From IMG/VR virus record IMGVR_UViG_3300046691_000407: a stretch of DNA of 54,212 nucleotides; one strand, written 5' to 3'. The position numbers and the translations under genes are program-made. Each line of letters starts with the position of its first letter. Position 1 is the first letter of the stretch. The DNA is from an uncultured virus (IMG/VR IMGVR_UViG_3300046691_000407) (taxonomy: Duplodnaviria > Heunggongvirae > Uroviricota > Caudoviricetes). Below, piece by piece: positions 27,029 to 37,391 of this stretch. The notes beneath the pieces were generated by a model. It made no database searches. It worked only from the letters and a program-made list of their open reading frames with translations, and was not told the DNA's origin.

Positions 27029-27942
27029 TTACATTCCTGCGCGATATGGCAGCGAAAATGTCTGGCATGGTGAGGGCGCCGGAGTGCCGTCGCCTTGATC
27101 TGGAGGCAGAGCTACGGCATGGGCGTCTGATCCTGCTGGATTCCGGCATGCATCAGCCGATCCGGCACTATGCCAGCTTCATGCCAAATCTCGGCACTCT
27201 GGCTCATCGGCGCACGGTGGAAATCCGGTCATGGGGGTTTCTTACGAGCTGGAAGGCTCACCGTGCTCGACAGGACCGTCGTCACAGGGAGAGAGGGTAC
27301 AAGCCCTACTATCCCGAAGTGTCCGGAGACTATGGCCTCGTGGAGCGCAAGGTCTTCGAGCGTGACGGGGAGCGCGTCAGTCAGTTCGAAATGTATTCGA
27401 CAGAAAACAGACCTGTCGAAAAGCTCAATTCCACCTTTGCCGCCGAGCTCCAGTCGTCCATCGAAACCAACTTGAAGACGCTGGTCTCGCTCGAACACTG
27501 CATGAACCGGGACGAAGGTGACATGGAATCGGCATTGGTCGAATCCATCAACATCGGGATCGCGGCTGTCGAACAGGCCAAGGATGAAGGTCTGGAATTG
27601 CCTGTCTTCTTTATTGACGTGATGAAGGGGGATGACTCTCCGGCGATCCGGGAGGCTCTGAAGAGGCTGAAGGATGCTGGCGCGCCGATCCTCGTCGTCT
27701 ATATCGTGTCGAGTCCCTGCCCCATGACCGACCTTCCGTCCGACTTGCATATGATCGAACGCTATCAGCTCAAGAGCCACTTCGAAGACGAAGTGATGCT
27801 GTCGACGGAAGAGCGGGTCGTCATCGCAGGCATGAACGAGCACTGGAAGATCGAGAGACCTCGCTGGGTGCATCCCGATGCGAACAGCACTCCTCTCCAG
27901 TCCGTCGGCCAGTACAACGAAATCCAGAGGAATGCCGCCTGA
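27025..27942 (+). CDS. Hypothetical protein, paralog of 27942-28841
   Basis: ATGA overlap; shared GRLI..HQPI and DLPxDLHxIERY..TEERVV. Confidence 0.75.
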   Translation: MITFLRDMAAKMSGMVRAPECRRLDLEAELRHGRLILLDSGMHQPIRHYASFMPNLGTLAHRRTVEIRSWGFLTSWKAHRARQDRRHRERGYKPYYPEVSGDYGLVERKVFERDGERVSQFEMYSTENRPVEKLNSTFAAELQSSIETNLKTLVSLEHCMNRDEGDMESALVESINIGIAAVEQAKDEGLELPVFFIDVMKGDDSPAIREALKRLKDAGAPILVVYIVSSPCPMTDLPSDLHMIERYQLKSHFEDEVMLSTEERVVIAGMNEHWKIERPRWVHPDANSTPLQSVGQYNEIQRNAA

Positions 27943-28841
27943 TGGGAAAGATCAAGGACATCCTGCGCCGGGCGGCCGGACTGAAGCGCGACACCCTGCG
28001 CAGGATCGACATCGCCGACGAGCTGAAGCCCGGCCGCCTGATCTTCGCCGATGTTGGCCGGCACCAGCCGATCCAGGAATATCTCCGCAGGGTGGCGTGG
28101 TGGGATCCTGTAATCTCGCGGAGGCCAACTGTTGAACTGGCGTCCTCTACTGTGATCGACACGCTTGCGACCTACGGACGGTGGCGAAGCGAGGGAAAGC
28201 TTGCGCACATACCCTCCGAGCAGGTTGCCCTGCTCCGGAGAGACTGTAACCTCGTCAACGAAGGCGGTGGCGCGTATTCATGCGACGAGGCATCGAAGAC
28301 CGCGCGTTTTGAAGAGCGCCTCGCGCACGCCATTACCACATGCTCGAAGACGATCGTTGACATTGGTGATGTCTGGGGGTGGGACGACGAGCAGAACGAG
28401 CGTCTTCGTCCCTTCAACGAGATTTCGGAGGCTGATCTCCTCGTCGGCGCGCTCACAGTCGCGGAACGCGAGATGCGTGCCGGAACGGCCAAGGCGAACA
28501 CATATATCATCGAGGTTCTTTCCGGCGTCGCGGACCGGAAGGATGTCACCGCCGCCCTCCACTCCCTACGCGATGCCGGAGCGGCGATCCTCTTCATCCG
28601 GCGGGCCACGGCTCCGATGCCGACCTACGATCTTCCCGCCGACCTGCACATCATCGAGCGATATCCGCTCAAGAACCCTGTTTATGCGGACGAGGCCGTT
28701 CTGATCACCGAGGAGCGCGTCGTCGTCAAAGGCCTCGTGTATGACACGCGAAGGCCCGAGTGGGTCAGATCCAGAGATCGTGAGATGATCATGCCGACGC
28801 TCGCCGAATACAACACAGGACGTCTGGTCCCGTTCGATTGA
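27942..28841 (+). CDS. Hypothetical protein, paralog of 27025-27942
   Basis: TGATG overlap; same shared motifs. Confidence 0.8.
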   Translation: MGKIKDILRRAAGLKRDTLRRIDIADELKPGRLIFADVGRHQPIQEYLRRVAWWDPVISRRPTVELASSTVIDTLATYGRWRSEGKLAHIPSEQVALLRRDCNLVNEGGGAYSCDEASKTARFEERLAHAITTCSKTIVDIGDVWGWDDEQNERLRPFNEISEADLLVGALTVAEREMRAGTAKANTYIIEVLSGVADRKDVTAALHSLRDAGAAILFIRRATAPMPTYDLPADLHIIERYPLKNPVYADEAVLITEERVVVKGLVYDTRRPEWVRSRDREMIMPTLAEYNTGRLVPFD

Positions 28842-28879
28842 TCCACCTGAGTAGATGAATTGTAGTCGAGGGGTGTCCC

Positions 28880-29548
28880 ATGAATGACGTTCGATCGCAT
28901 ATTCGACATAAGCCGCGGAGCCGCTTCGAGATATCGGCTCACGCACTGGTCAGATACGTGGAGCGGGCTACGCGCATCCCGTTCGACAGCAGCTATCTTT
29001 CCCTGCTTCGCGAACGGGCCCTCGCGGGGATCTTCGATCAGCCGGCAGACGTGGACGTGATCGCAAGGATCGAGCGGGGCGAGAGCCTCGAGAAGTACAG
29101 GAAGCGGCTCGGACGAGCGCTTGATGCATCTCGGGTGATCCATGAAGACGAAGCGGCCAACTACAGGGCTGCGGGCAATGGTCTGGTGGTGGTGACCGAA
29201 AGAAGCGACCGAAAGGCGGTGACGGTGCTTACGCGCGAGCTCGCGGCGCTGTCGGTGCCGCGGCAGGTGCTGGTCGTAGAAGGCATACATGACGAAGATC
29301 CGCTGCCGACGCGCTCGTACGAGGAGATGATGCGTGCAAGGGCTTTCCCCTACATCGTCCAGGGAAGGCCCGGACGGATGGCCGAGCGCATGGAGCGGAT
29401 CTATCCTCCAGTTCACGTCGCCTCGGGGATGGGAACCCGAGAAGTGGTCGTCGGTGTCAGGACAAGGCAATCGCTCGAGATGCTGGAGCGCGAGTTCACG
29501 AAGGTGAAGCCGCACCTCGTTGACATGATCGTCGTGAACAACTTCTAA
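28880..29548 (+). CDS. Hypothetical protein (HAxxRxxER motif)
   Basis: GAGG RBS; ISAHALVRYVER..AVTVLT. Confidence 0.7.
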   Translation: MNDVRSHIRHKPRSRFEISAHALVRYVERATRIPFDSSYLSLLRERALAGIFDQPADVDVIARIERGESLEKYRKRLGRALDASRVIHEDEAANYRAAGNGLVVVTERSDRKAVTVLTRELAALSVPRQVLVVEGIHDEDPLPTRSYEEMMRARAFPYIVQGRPGRMAERMERIYPPVHVASGMGTREVVVGVRTRQSLEMLEREFTKVKPHLVDMIVVNNF

Positions 29549-29865
29549 GGCATCATTGGCTGCGGCCGGCGGATCGGGAGACACAGAAGTGCCTCCCCTG
29601 GATGGCGATCTATAAGGTCCGTTACATCGAATCCTGCGAATTCCAAAGAAATTTTACTCGCGATAACTCATAAAATGAAACCTTCGGATCTGATGGGGCA
29701 ACCGTCGCGCCTTTCTATCCTGGTCTAAGGATTCGACCCGGATTGAAACAGCTTCTGTATGGATTCATGATACGGGACTCGCATTCTCGGCTTTGGGGGC
29801 CAGCAGAAATTATGAAACTGAAAAAGAACAACAGCGTAGCCATGTCCGAATCATTCCGCAGGACA

Positions 29866-32800
29866 GTGATTTCGAAGCATTTCTCCGCGCGGAAGGTATT
29901 GTCTTCAATCGTCGCAGCGACACTGGTGGCGACCTCTGCCGTTCCCGCATCCGCCGACAGCTTCTTCTTCCGCTACAAGCAGCCGGCCTCGTGGGCGCCG
30001 GGATCCGATCCTGAAATCCCCACCGATCCGCAGCTCGGGGTCGGCAACGACATCACGATCTTCTTCACGGGAGCCATCGGCATCCCGTTCTCCAAGCTGA
30101 TCCCGGTCAAGACCAAGGACGTTGCCGAGTGGAGGTTCCAGAGCGGAACCTTGCAGGATGGCTTGGGACTCGATCCCTCGACAGGCATCGTATCTGGCAC
30201 GCCGGGCGGAAAGACCACCCAGAAGAAGGCGGTGCTGGTCGGATACGACGTCGGCGGCCATCTGATCGCGCGCGCCGCGATCACCTCGCGCTTCCACAAT
30301 CCCGCGGGCCAGGCGACCGACTTCACCTTCTACGGCCACACGAACAAGTACATGTACCGCCAGATCCCGGCGACCGTTCCGATCGCCAAGTGGGAGAGCA
30401 TCGGCGACCTTCCGGATGACTTCCACACCGAGACACGCTACTTCGCAGGAACGCCGTCCCAGGAATACACGACGGGTGTCGGCTTCATCGGCTACGACTA
30501 CATGGACAAGGAGGTCGCGTTCACCTACGGCGACCTGATCGTTCAGGACACACCGGTCATCGAGCACATCGACGACCGGATCCGCCACCCGAGCAAAAAC
30601 TTCGTCGTCACACCGACCGTCCAGTACAGGATCGGTGAGCTGAAGTACCGTCTCGTGGCCCTCGACGGGAAGCCCGCGAGCACGGGATTCAACACGAAGA
30701 CCGGCCGCCTCTCGACGAGAATTCCGACCTTCAACACCTCGATGCGCTTCAAGATCGAGGTGACCGATGTGGATGGAGTTGTCGGATCCTCCAACGTCTT
30801 CAAGCTGACGACTGCGTCGCCTGACGTTGACATGGCGAACATGCGCAATCAGACCGGAACGGTCAACCAGGCATACTCCCTCCAGATCACGGGCAAGGAT
30901 CTGTCTGGCGACGTCAACTGGAAGGTTCTCGCGGGACAGCTTCCCGATGGCCTGTCGCTGGATGCCGAGACGGGCGAAATTTCCGGAATTCCGACCCGTG
31001 TCGAGACCAAGACAGGGATCGTCATTGGCGCCGTGACTTCTGATGGCGGAAGCGGCCAGACCCCGGCTTTCGACTTCACCATCTATCCTGAAGAGATCAG
31101 CGTGGCGTTCCAGCCCGTCGAGACGCGTGTCGGTCGGCCGTTCGTAACCGCAGGTCCGACAATGGGAACCGGCATCAAGTCTCCATTCTCGTTCGACCTC
31201 GCAGCGGGCGCCGTCCTCGATGACGCAATCTCCGTCGACTACGACACCGTCGTCGTATCCGGAACCGCCGAGACCGCCGGCGACTACTCGGTTCCGTTCG
31301 ACTTCACCAACGGCGACGGCCGTCAGAAGACCTTCGTCCAGCCGATCACGATCCACGACCTGCTGGCGCTCGAATACGAACCAGAGATCACGGTCTACCG
31401 CCGCACTCCTGTATCCGTGCAGCCGTCGTCGGTGGCGGGTGTGATCGGCGTGGGCGAGTTCAAGCTCACTTCCGGCACGCTTCCCAAGGGACTCAGCATT
31501 GATCCGTCCTCCGGCGACATTGTCGGAACCCCCGAAGAAATGGGCAGCGCAGTCGACCTTACCGTCACCCTGTCCGACGAGAGCGGCGAAACCATCGCCT
31601 CGAACGATTTCGAGATCGAGGTTCAGGACCGTCCTCCGGTCGAGGTCGCCGCAGCCGCGGTGCAGGTCGAGCGCTTTGTCGACAACGCCGTCACCACGAC
31701 GACTTCACAGAACGTCTATGATGGCGTGACCTACGAGCTGGTAGCAGGAACGCTGCCGGATGGTCTGACCTTCGATGAGGATGGTGTCATCCGAGGCAAC
31801 ACCCAGGAACTGGTCGGCGAGTACGGCGGCCTGCAGGTGCAGGCGACCGACGGTGAAGGATACGTTGGTCTAAGCCCGGTCTTCTCCGTCACCGTCATCG
31901 AGCCGAAGAACCTCGCTCCGCTCAACTTGGCGAACGGCACCTCCGATGTTGACGCGACATGGGCGGAAGACGTTCCGTTCGCCTTCGACCTCCCAGTGCC
32001 CGCCAACGCGTTTGGAACGGTTGCCTATGACTTCCAGGCTCTCCCCGATGGCATCGCCGTTGTCGGCGGCCAGCTCGTCGGAACGGTTGCGGAATCCGGC
32101 ATCTATGTCTTCCCGTTCACGCTGATCGATGACGCGCGCCGCACGCTCTCCGGCAACTTCACCTTGACGATCCTCGAGCCTATGAGCGCAACCCTTTCGG
32201 GGCGTGGAAAGATGGGAGACGAGGAGACTGATGATGTCTCGTTCGAGCTTCCGCGCGGCGGCGACACCATCATCTCGCCTGTCATCAAGGACGCGATCGG
32301 AAACGTCACCTACACCTACCAGGGCACGCTGCCGGACGGCCTCTCCTACGCCGACGGCAAGATCACCGGAAAGCCGACAACACAGGATCAAACGGGCGAG
32401 TTCACGCTCGTTCTGACTGACGAGGCGGGTTCGACGGTCAACCTTCATGCGAAGGTCCTGATCGGCGCCCGCGTTCCGCTGACACTCAGCTACGCCGTGC
32501 CGTCGCCTGCAGGATTCGTGGGCATCAGCATATCGCCGATCAAGCCCTCGGTCGTCGACTCCATCGGAGCAGTGACCTACACACAGCAGGGCGCGCTGCC
32601 TCCGGGCATTTCCTTCGACGGGAACACGGGCTACTTCTACGGTGTGCCGACGGAAGCCAACTGGTTCCAGGGCATCGAGGTGACGGCGACAGACTCCGAG
32701 GGTTCGAGCTTTGCCGGAACCTACGGGCCGGTCGCCATGGGCATCTCGATGAAGGGCAATCCGGTCGTGCCCGGCACGACCACCTTCACTGTCCGCGCAG

Positions 32801-35800
32801 GGGAGCCCTTCGTGCAGACGCTCGATGTGACCAACGCGATCAAGCCGGTCGTGTTCGGCACGCCGTCGGGCGATCCCCTGCCATACGGACTTACGCTCGG
32901 CCAGTTCGACGGCAAGATATCCGGAATGTTCCCGGCGGCGGGCAAGTATGTAGCCGGTGCCGTCACGGCGATCGACTCCTTCAGCCGCGAGAAGACGACC
33001 AACGTCAAGTTCGTCGCCGTCGGCCCTCTCGACATCGCAGCCCCGGCCACGACCACGTTCAACCAGTACTCGAGCGTTTCGGCGCAAAGCGTTGCAACGA
33101 ATGTGATTGGAACAGCGAAGTACGAGCTGGCTACCGGAACACTGCCCTCGTTCCTCTCCCTCAACCCGAACACCGGGTATATCGCGGGGCCCGCAGACAC
33201 GAAGGGTGTCTGGGGCGGTCTCACGATAAAGGTGACGGACTCCACCGGATCCTCCGCTTCGACCGACGCTTTCTCCATCGCCATCGGCGACAGGCTTCCG
33301 CTCGAGCTGAACACCGCCGACACCTACAACCTCGTCGCCAACAAGAACTACAAGCTGGCCATGCCTGTCGCCAACGCCGTTGGCGCGGTCACCTTCATCC
33401 AGACTGGAGCGCTGCCGGAAGGCATCTCCTTCGACGCAAAGGTGGGGCGGTTCTCCGGCGTTGCGAAGGTGATCGGATCGTTCCCCGTGAGCGTCACAGT
33501 GACCGACAGCGTGGGTGCGAGCGTCACGAAGGCCTTCTCGCTGGTGATCGACACGAACGGATATCCGATCAACCTGACCGTTACCGACTTTGTCACGAAG
33601 GTCGGCGAGCCAATCTCCACGAAGCTTCCGGTCTATTCGAACCATGTCGGAACCGTGCAGTTCTGGGCCGACGAGACGCTCGCGGACTACGGCCTGACGA
33701 TCGATCCCGACACGGGCGTGATCTCGGGCACCGCGACCCAGCTCATGGACTTCACACCGAACGTCAACATCTCCGACGCATCACTGCGCGTGACCTCCAA
33801 GCCCATCAGCATCAAGGTGGTTCCGGATCTGGTCGCGAATGTTCCGGCACGCATCGACCTTCCCGTGAACAAGCGGGTCTATCCCTACATGTATGTGTCC
33901 GCGGACAACGGCATCGGTGCGCTGGACTGGTCGATCGAGGGCACGCTGCCAAAGGGGCTTTCGTTCTCGACCAGGCTTCGCCGCTTTGCCGGAACGCCGA
34001 CCGAAATGGGAACCTTCCCGATCAAGCTGACCGTCGCCGAGCGTGATGGGTTCAAGCAGTCTTCGACGGTCGCCGTCGAGGTGGTTGTTGTCAGCGATGG
34101 AGTTGCGCCGACAGTGCGTGTCACGCCATCGACCGTCGGATACTACACGCATCAGAACTCCACCATCACCCCGGTGTATCAGAACGCCAAGACGGGGGAT
34201 GTGCTGGATCTTGCTCCGGACTCCGCGCCACTTCCTCCCGGCGTCACGTTCAGGAAGAACAGCTCCGGGGCCGACGTCCTCTACCACGCGGTCGGAGCAA
34301 CCACCGACGCGGGCATCTATCCCGGAATCAAGGTCAGGGTGACTTCCTCCGACGGTCTCTATGGCGATAGCGAGCCGTTCACGCTCGTCCTGAAGACGGC
34401 GTTCTCATACGAATACCGGAAGCTGGATGTTCGTGCTTACGACCCGGTATCCGTTCCAGCGCCCGCTCCAATCTCGGGCAAGCCTGTGGGTAACGTGACC
34501 TACTCGTTCGCCAGTGACTACTCCGGAGGAACGCTGAAAGTCGACCCTGTAACGGGCCTGCTCACGGGATATGTGACGAAGTCGGGATCGGTCTCGGTCC
34601 GCGTCACAGATACATACAACGGAGCCACTCTGCGATCCGTAACTTACGTCGTGACGTTCACGGCCAAGGTTCTCTCCGTGAAGACCCCTGCCCAGCAGGT
34701 GACGTTCACCGGCATCAACTACCCCAGCTACGTGACCACCATGACCAACGGAAGCCAGAACGCGGTCATGTCGCTCGGAGAACTCGTTCCTCCCGGCCTG
34801 AGCGTCGATCCGGTCACGGGAACGATCTCCGGCATCGCGACCACTGCCGGTGTGTACCCGACGACACTCGTCTACACGGATCCGAACCAGACGCTCGTCA
34901 CGCCATTCACGGCGACCGTCGAGCAGTCGGCCCCGGCAGGCAAGGGATACAAGTTCCTAAAGGTGGCGGTGACAAGCAGGAACGACCATATCAGCAATCT
35001 CTCAATCAGGAGTGCTTCCGGAAGCGACATCATGCACATGGTGTCGAAGGGCGCCGGAAACCTGTCCGTTGGCGTCTACAACCAGCTTGTAGGGCCGCAC
35101 AACGCCATTACGTTCCCGACGGGTGGCTTCCAGGAGTTCGAGCTGCCCACATATGTTGACAAGGGATCGATCGAGGCAAGAGGGCACGGATCCGCGACCG
35201 TCGTCTATTCGGCGTCCGTCGATGGCCAGACATGGGTAGAGATCGGCACCCAGGTCAACAGCGGCGCGCCCAAGGCATCCTTCCAGTTCAAGGAAGCCAC
35301 GGACCTCTTCGCCTTCAACGCCAACGCCATCACTCCGGCTCCGGCACAGGTTCCATACAGCTTCGATCTCAAGACGCTGGTCGATGCTTCGAGCCTCGAC
35401 GGCATCTCGGCATCGAACCTGGCGTGGACATGGTCGGTCGATCCCAACCGGGACACGTCCACCACCATGGCGACCCTGCCCGCAGGCATCTCCATAAGCG
35501 GTTCCACGCTGACAGGAACTCCGACAGTCGAGGGCACCTACGCCGTCGTTCTGAAGGGTGCCTACGGCGGCCGCTCGGTGTCGAAGGCGTTCCAGATCGT
35601 GGTTCCGGCTCCGGGACCTCTCTTCGTCTTCAACAGCACGGCCCTTCCACAGGGGATGGCCCAGTTCGCCTACAGCTTTGACATGAGGACGCTCGTCGAC
35701 GCCTCCACCCTGCAGGGCATCACGACCTCGAGCTTGAGCTGGACATGGGCGGCCGATCCCAACCGGAACACGTCCACGACCATGGCTGACCTGCCTGCAG

Positions 35801-37305
35801 GTCTCGCCATCAGCGGGGCCACGCTGCGGGGGACGCCCACGACCGAAGGCACCTATGCCGTCGTTCTGACGGGAACCTACGGCGGCCGCTCGGTATCCAA
35901 GTCGTTCCAGCTCGTAGTGACACCTCTCGTGGCATCGATGTCGCTGCAGGGTGCGACGCTGCAGTCTGGAGAACGCTGGGTGACACCGTTCAATGTGGAC
36001 ATGTTCCCCTACCTGACGGCTCCCGGAGTGACGCTTTCCGAAGTGAAGTGGACAGTCGTCACCTCCGGTGTCGTGGCACAGTCCGGCGAAGCGGTCGCGC
36101 TCCCGGCGGAACTTGCGCTTGGCAACACGACCGGAGCTATCACCGGAACGTCGAGCAGCGTCGGCAAGTGGAGATTTGCGATCAAGGCCACCTGGAAGAC
36201 CCTGTCTGCCCAGGCGGAGTATGTGATCGAGATCACCGGCGAACCAACCAACTACAAGTTCACAAAGCTCTCGGCCGGAGACAACTACACCTGCGGCATC
36301 ACCACTTCCGGTAAAGTCGCATGCTGGGGCAATGGTGGCAGCAACCGCCTTGGATACAACAATGCGACGAACTCGGCCGTCCCGGTGGATGTGGCCGGCA
36401 TTGCCAAGGACGCCTCCATGATCGCGCTTGGGACAGGAAGCGTGACCACATGCGCCACCACGTCGACGGGCGCGATGATGTGTTGGGGCGGAACCGGTGA
36501 AATTACCGGGATGTCAGGCCCCTACGCCCGCCTCTCTCCGAACTATGCTTCCGGTGTCACCGATATCGCGATGAAGTCGCAGCACGCCTGCTACATCACG
36601 TCTGGAGCGGTCAAGTGCCAGGGATGGAACGGCGACAGCATGGCGGTCGGCCTGTCTGCGTCCAACTACTGGGTGTCTTCGCCCAATACTCCATCCGGCC
36701 TCACCACCGGCTACAAGGAGGCGGCGGTTGGTACGGACCATAGCTGCGCATTGAGCACTGCTGGCGCGGTCAAGTGCTGGGGCTTGAGAACCAATGGCAG
36801 GCTGGGCAACGGCTCGATCGCGACCACGGCCGTCTCGGCCCCGGTCAACGTGACCGGGCTGACCTCTGGCGTGAAGGCGATCGCTGCGGGGGCCGACTTC
36901 ACGTGCGCCATCACTTCCGCAAGCGGGGTCAAGTGCTGGGGCAACAACAACAACGGCCAGATCGGCGACGGCAAGACCACGCAGGCCCCCGCCGCCGTCG
37001 ACGTCAATGGCCTGACCTCCAACGTCAAGGAGATCGCGGCCGGTACCAACCACGCATGCGCGCTCACCAATTCCGGTGCCGTCAAGTGCTGGGGCAACAA
37101 CGGGTATGGGAAGCTCGGCAACGGCTTGACCCTGACCTCGAGCGCTCCGGTCGATGTGGTCGGCCTTGACTCCGGGGTGGCCTCGATCACCGCTGGGGCA
37201 AACCACACCTGCGCACTGATGACCAGCGGCGACTACAAATGCTGGGGTCTGAACACCAGCGGCCAGCTCGGCGATGGCACGCTCGTCAACCGACCTACAC
37301 CGTAA
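29866..37305 (+). CDS. Giant secreted putative-Ig (He_PIG) repeat protein with C-terminal RCC1/BLIP-II-like repeats
   Basis: 2520-codon ORF from 29743, likely start GTG 29866 or ATG 29842. Signal peptide ends VPASA then DSFFFRY; many LPxGLSxDxxTGxISGTP repeats; C-terminal AGxxHTCA..VKCWGxNxxGQLGDG repeats. Confidence 0.93.
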   Translation: MISKHFSARKVLSSIVAATLVATSAVPASADSFFFRYKQPASWAPGSDPEIPTDPQLGVGNDITIFFTGAIGIPFSKLIPVKTKDVAEWRFQSGTLQDGLGLDPSTGIVSGTPGGKTTQKKAVLVGYDVGGHLIARAAITSRFHNPAGQATDFTFYGHTNKYMYRQIPATVPIAKWESIGDLPDDFHTETRYFAGTPSQEYTTGVGFIGYDYMDKEVAFTYGDLIVQDTPVIEHIDDRIRHPSKNFVVTPTVQYRIGELKYRLVALDGKPASTGFNTKTGRLSTRIPTFNTSMRFKIEVTDVDGVVGSSNVFKLTTASPDVDMANMRNQTGTVNQAYSLQITGKDLSGDVNWKVLAGQLPDGLSLDAETGEISGIPTRVETKTGIVIGAVTSDGGSGQTPAFDFTIYPEEISVAFQPVETRVGRPFVTAGPTMGTGIKSPFSFDLAAGAVLDDAISVDYDTVVVSGTAETAGDYSVPFDFTNGDGRQKTFVQPITIHDLLALEYEPEITVYRRTPVSVQPSSVAGVIGVGEFKLTSGTLPKGLSIDPSSGDIVGTPEEMGSAVDLTVTLSDESGETIASNDFEIEVQDRPPVEVAAAAVQVERFVDNAVTTTTSQNVYDGVTYELVAGTLPDGLTFDEDGVIRGNTQELVGEYGGLQVQATDGEGYVGLSPVFSVTVIEPKNLAPLNLANGTSDVDATWAEDVPFAFDLPVPANAFGTVAYDFQALPDGIAVVGGQLVGTVAESGIYVFPFTLIDDARRTLSGNFTLTILEPMSATLSGRGKMGDEETDDVSFELPRGGDTIISPVIKDAIGNVTYTYQGTLPDGLSYADGKITGKPTTQDQTGEFTLVLTDEAGSTVNLHAKVLIGARVPLTLSYAVPSPAGFVGISISPIKPSVVDSIGAVTYTQQGALPPGISFDGNTGYFYGVPTEANWFQGIEVTATDSEGSSFAGTYGPVAMGISMKGNPVVPGTTTFTVRAGEPFVQTLDVTNAIKPVVFGTPSGDPLPYGLTLGQFDGKISGMFPAAGKYVAGAVTAIDSFSREKTTNVKFVAVGPLDIAAPATTTFNQYSSVSAQSVATNVIGTAKYELATGTLPSFLSLNPNTGYIAGPADTKGVWGGLTIKVTDSTGSSASTDAFSIAIGDRLPLELNTADTYNLVANKNYKLAMPVANAVGAVTFIQTGALPEGISFDAKVGRFSGVAKVIGSFPVSVTVTDSVGASVTKAFSLVIDTNGYPINLTVTDFVTKVGEPISTKLPVYSNHVGTVQFWADETLADYGLTIDPDTGVISGTATQLMDFTPNVNISDASLRVTSKPISIKVVPDLVANVPARIDLPVNKRVYPYMYVSADNGIGALDWSIEGTLPKGLSFSTRLRRFAGTPTEMGTFPIKLTVAERDGFKQSSTVAVEVVVVSDGVAPTVRVTPSTVGYYTHQNSTITPVYQNAKTGDVLDLAPDSAPLPPGVTFRKNSSGADVLYHAVGATTDAGIYPGIKVRVTSSDGLYGDSEPFTLVLKTAFSYEYRKLDVRAYDPVSVPAPAPISGKPVGNVTYSFASDYSGGTLKVDPVTGLLTGYVTKSGSVSVRVTDTYNGATLRSVTYVVTFTAKVLSVKTPAQQVTFTGINYPSYVTTMTNGSQNAVMSLGELVPPGLSVDPVTGTISGIATTAGVYPTTLVYTDPNQTLVTPFTATVEQSAPAGKGYKFLKVAVTSRNDHISNLSIRSASGSDIMHMVSKGAGNLSVGVYNQLVGPHNAITFPTGGFQEFELPTYVDKGSIEARGHGSATVVYSASVDGQTWVEIGTQVNSGAPKASFQFKEATDLFAFNANAITPAPAQVPYSFDLKTLVDASSLDGISASNLAWTWSVDPNRDTSTTMATLPAGISISGSTLTGTPTVEGTYAVVLKGAYGGRSVSKAFQIVVPAPGPLFVFNSTALPQGMAQFAYSFDMRTLVDASTLQGITTSSLSWTWAADPNRNTSTTMADLPAGLAISGATLRGTPTTEGTYAVVLTGTYGGRSVSKSFQLVVTPLVASMSLQGATLQSGERWVTPFNVDMFPYLTAPGVTLSEVKWTVVTSGVVAQSGEAVALPAELALGNTTGAITGTSSSVGKWRFAIKATWKTLSAQAEYVIEITGEPTNYKFTKLSAGDNYTCGITTSGKVACWGNGGSNRLGYNNATNSAVPVDVAGIAKDASMIALGTGSVTTCATTSTGAMMCWGGTGEITGMSGPYARLSPNYASGVTDIAMKSQHACYITSGAVKCQGWNGDSMAVGLSASNYWVSSPNTPSGLTTGYKEAAVGTDHSCALSTAGAVKCWGLRTNGRLGNGSIATTAVSAPVNVTGLTSGVKAIAAGADFTCAITSASGVKCWGNNNNGQIGDGKTTQAPAAVDVNGLTSNVKEIAAGTNHACALTNSGAVKCWGNNGYGKLGNGLTLTSSAPVDVVGLDSGVASITAGANHTCALMTSGDYKCWGLNTSGQLGDGTLVNRPTP
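35305..35919 (+). repeat. Tandem duplication of a 105-aa Ig module (315-nt period)
   Basis: YSFD..TLVDAS..WTW..DPNRxTSTTMAxLPAG..EGTYAVVLxGxYGGRSVSKxFQ occurs twice. Confidence 0.85.
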
Positions 37306-37319
37306 GGATCGAAGCTTTG

Positions 37320-37357
37320 GAAAAAGGGGGCGGATCCTACGATCCGCCCCCTTTTTC
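37320..37357. terminator. Bidirectional Rho-independent terminator
   Basis: GAAAAAGGGGGCGGATC-CTAC-GATCCGCCCCCTTTTTC between convergent genes. Confidence 0.9.
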
Positions 37358-37391
37358 TTGTTGTGATGGCCCGCGGCGAGCATCCGCTAGC

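Noticed and set aside
29905..37383. Long minus-strand ORFs 29905-31356, 31870-33645 and 36514-37383 (likewise 22215-23816)
   Set aside because: Antisense shadows of GC-rich genes, with Arg/Gly-rich translations and no motifs.
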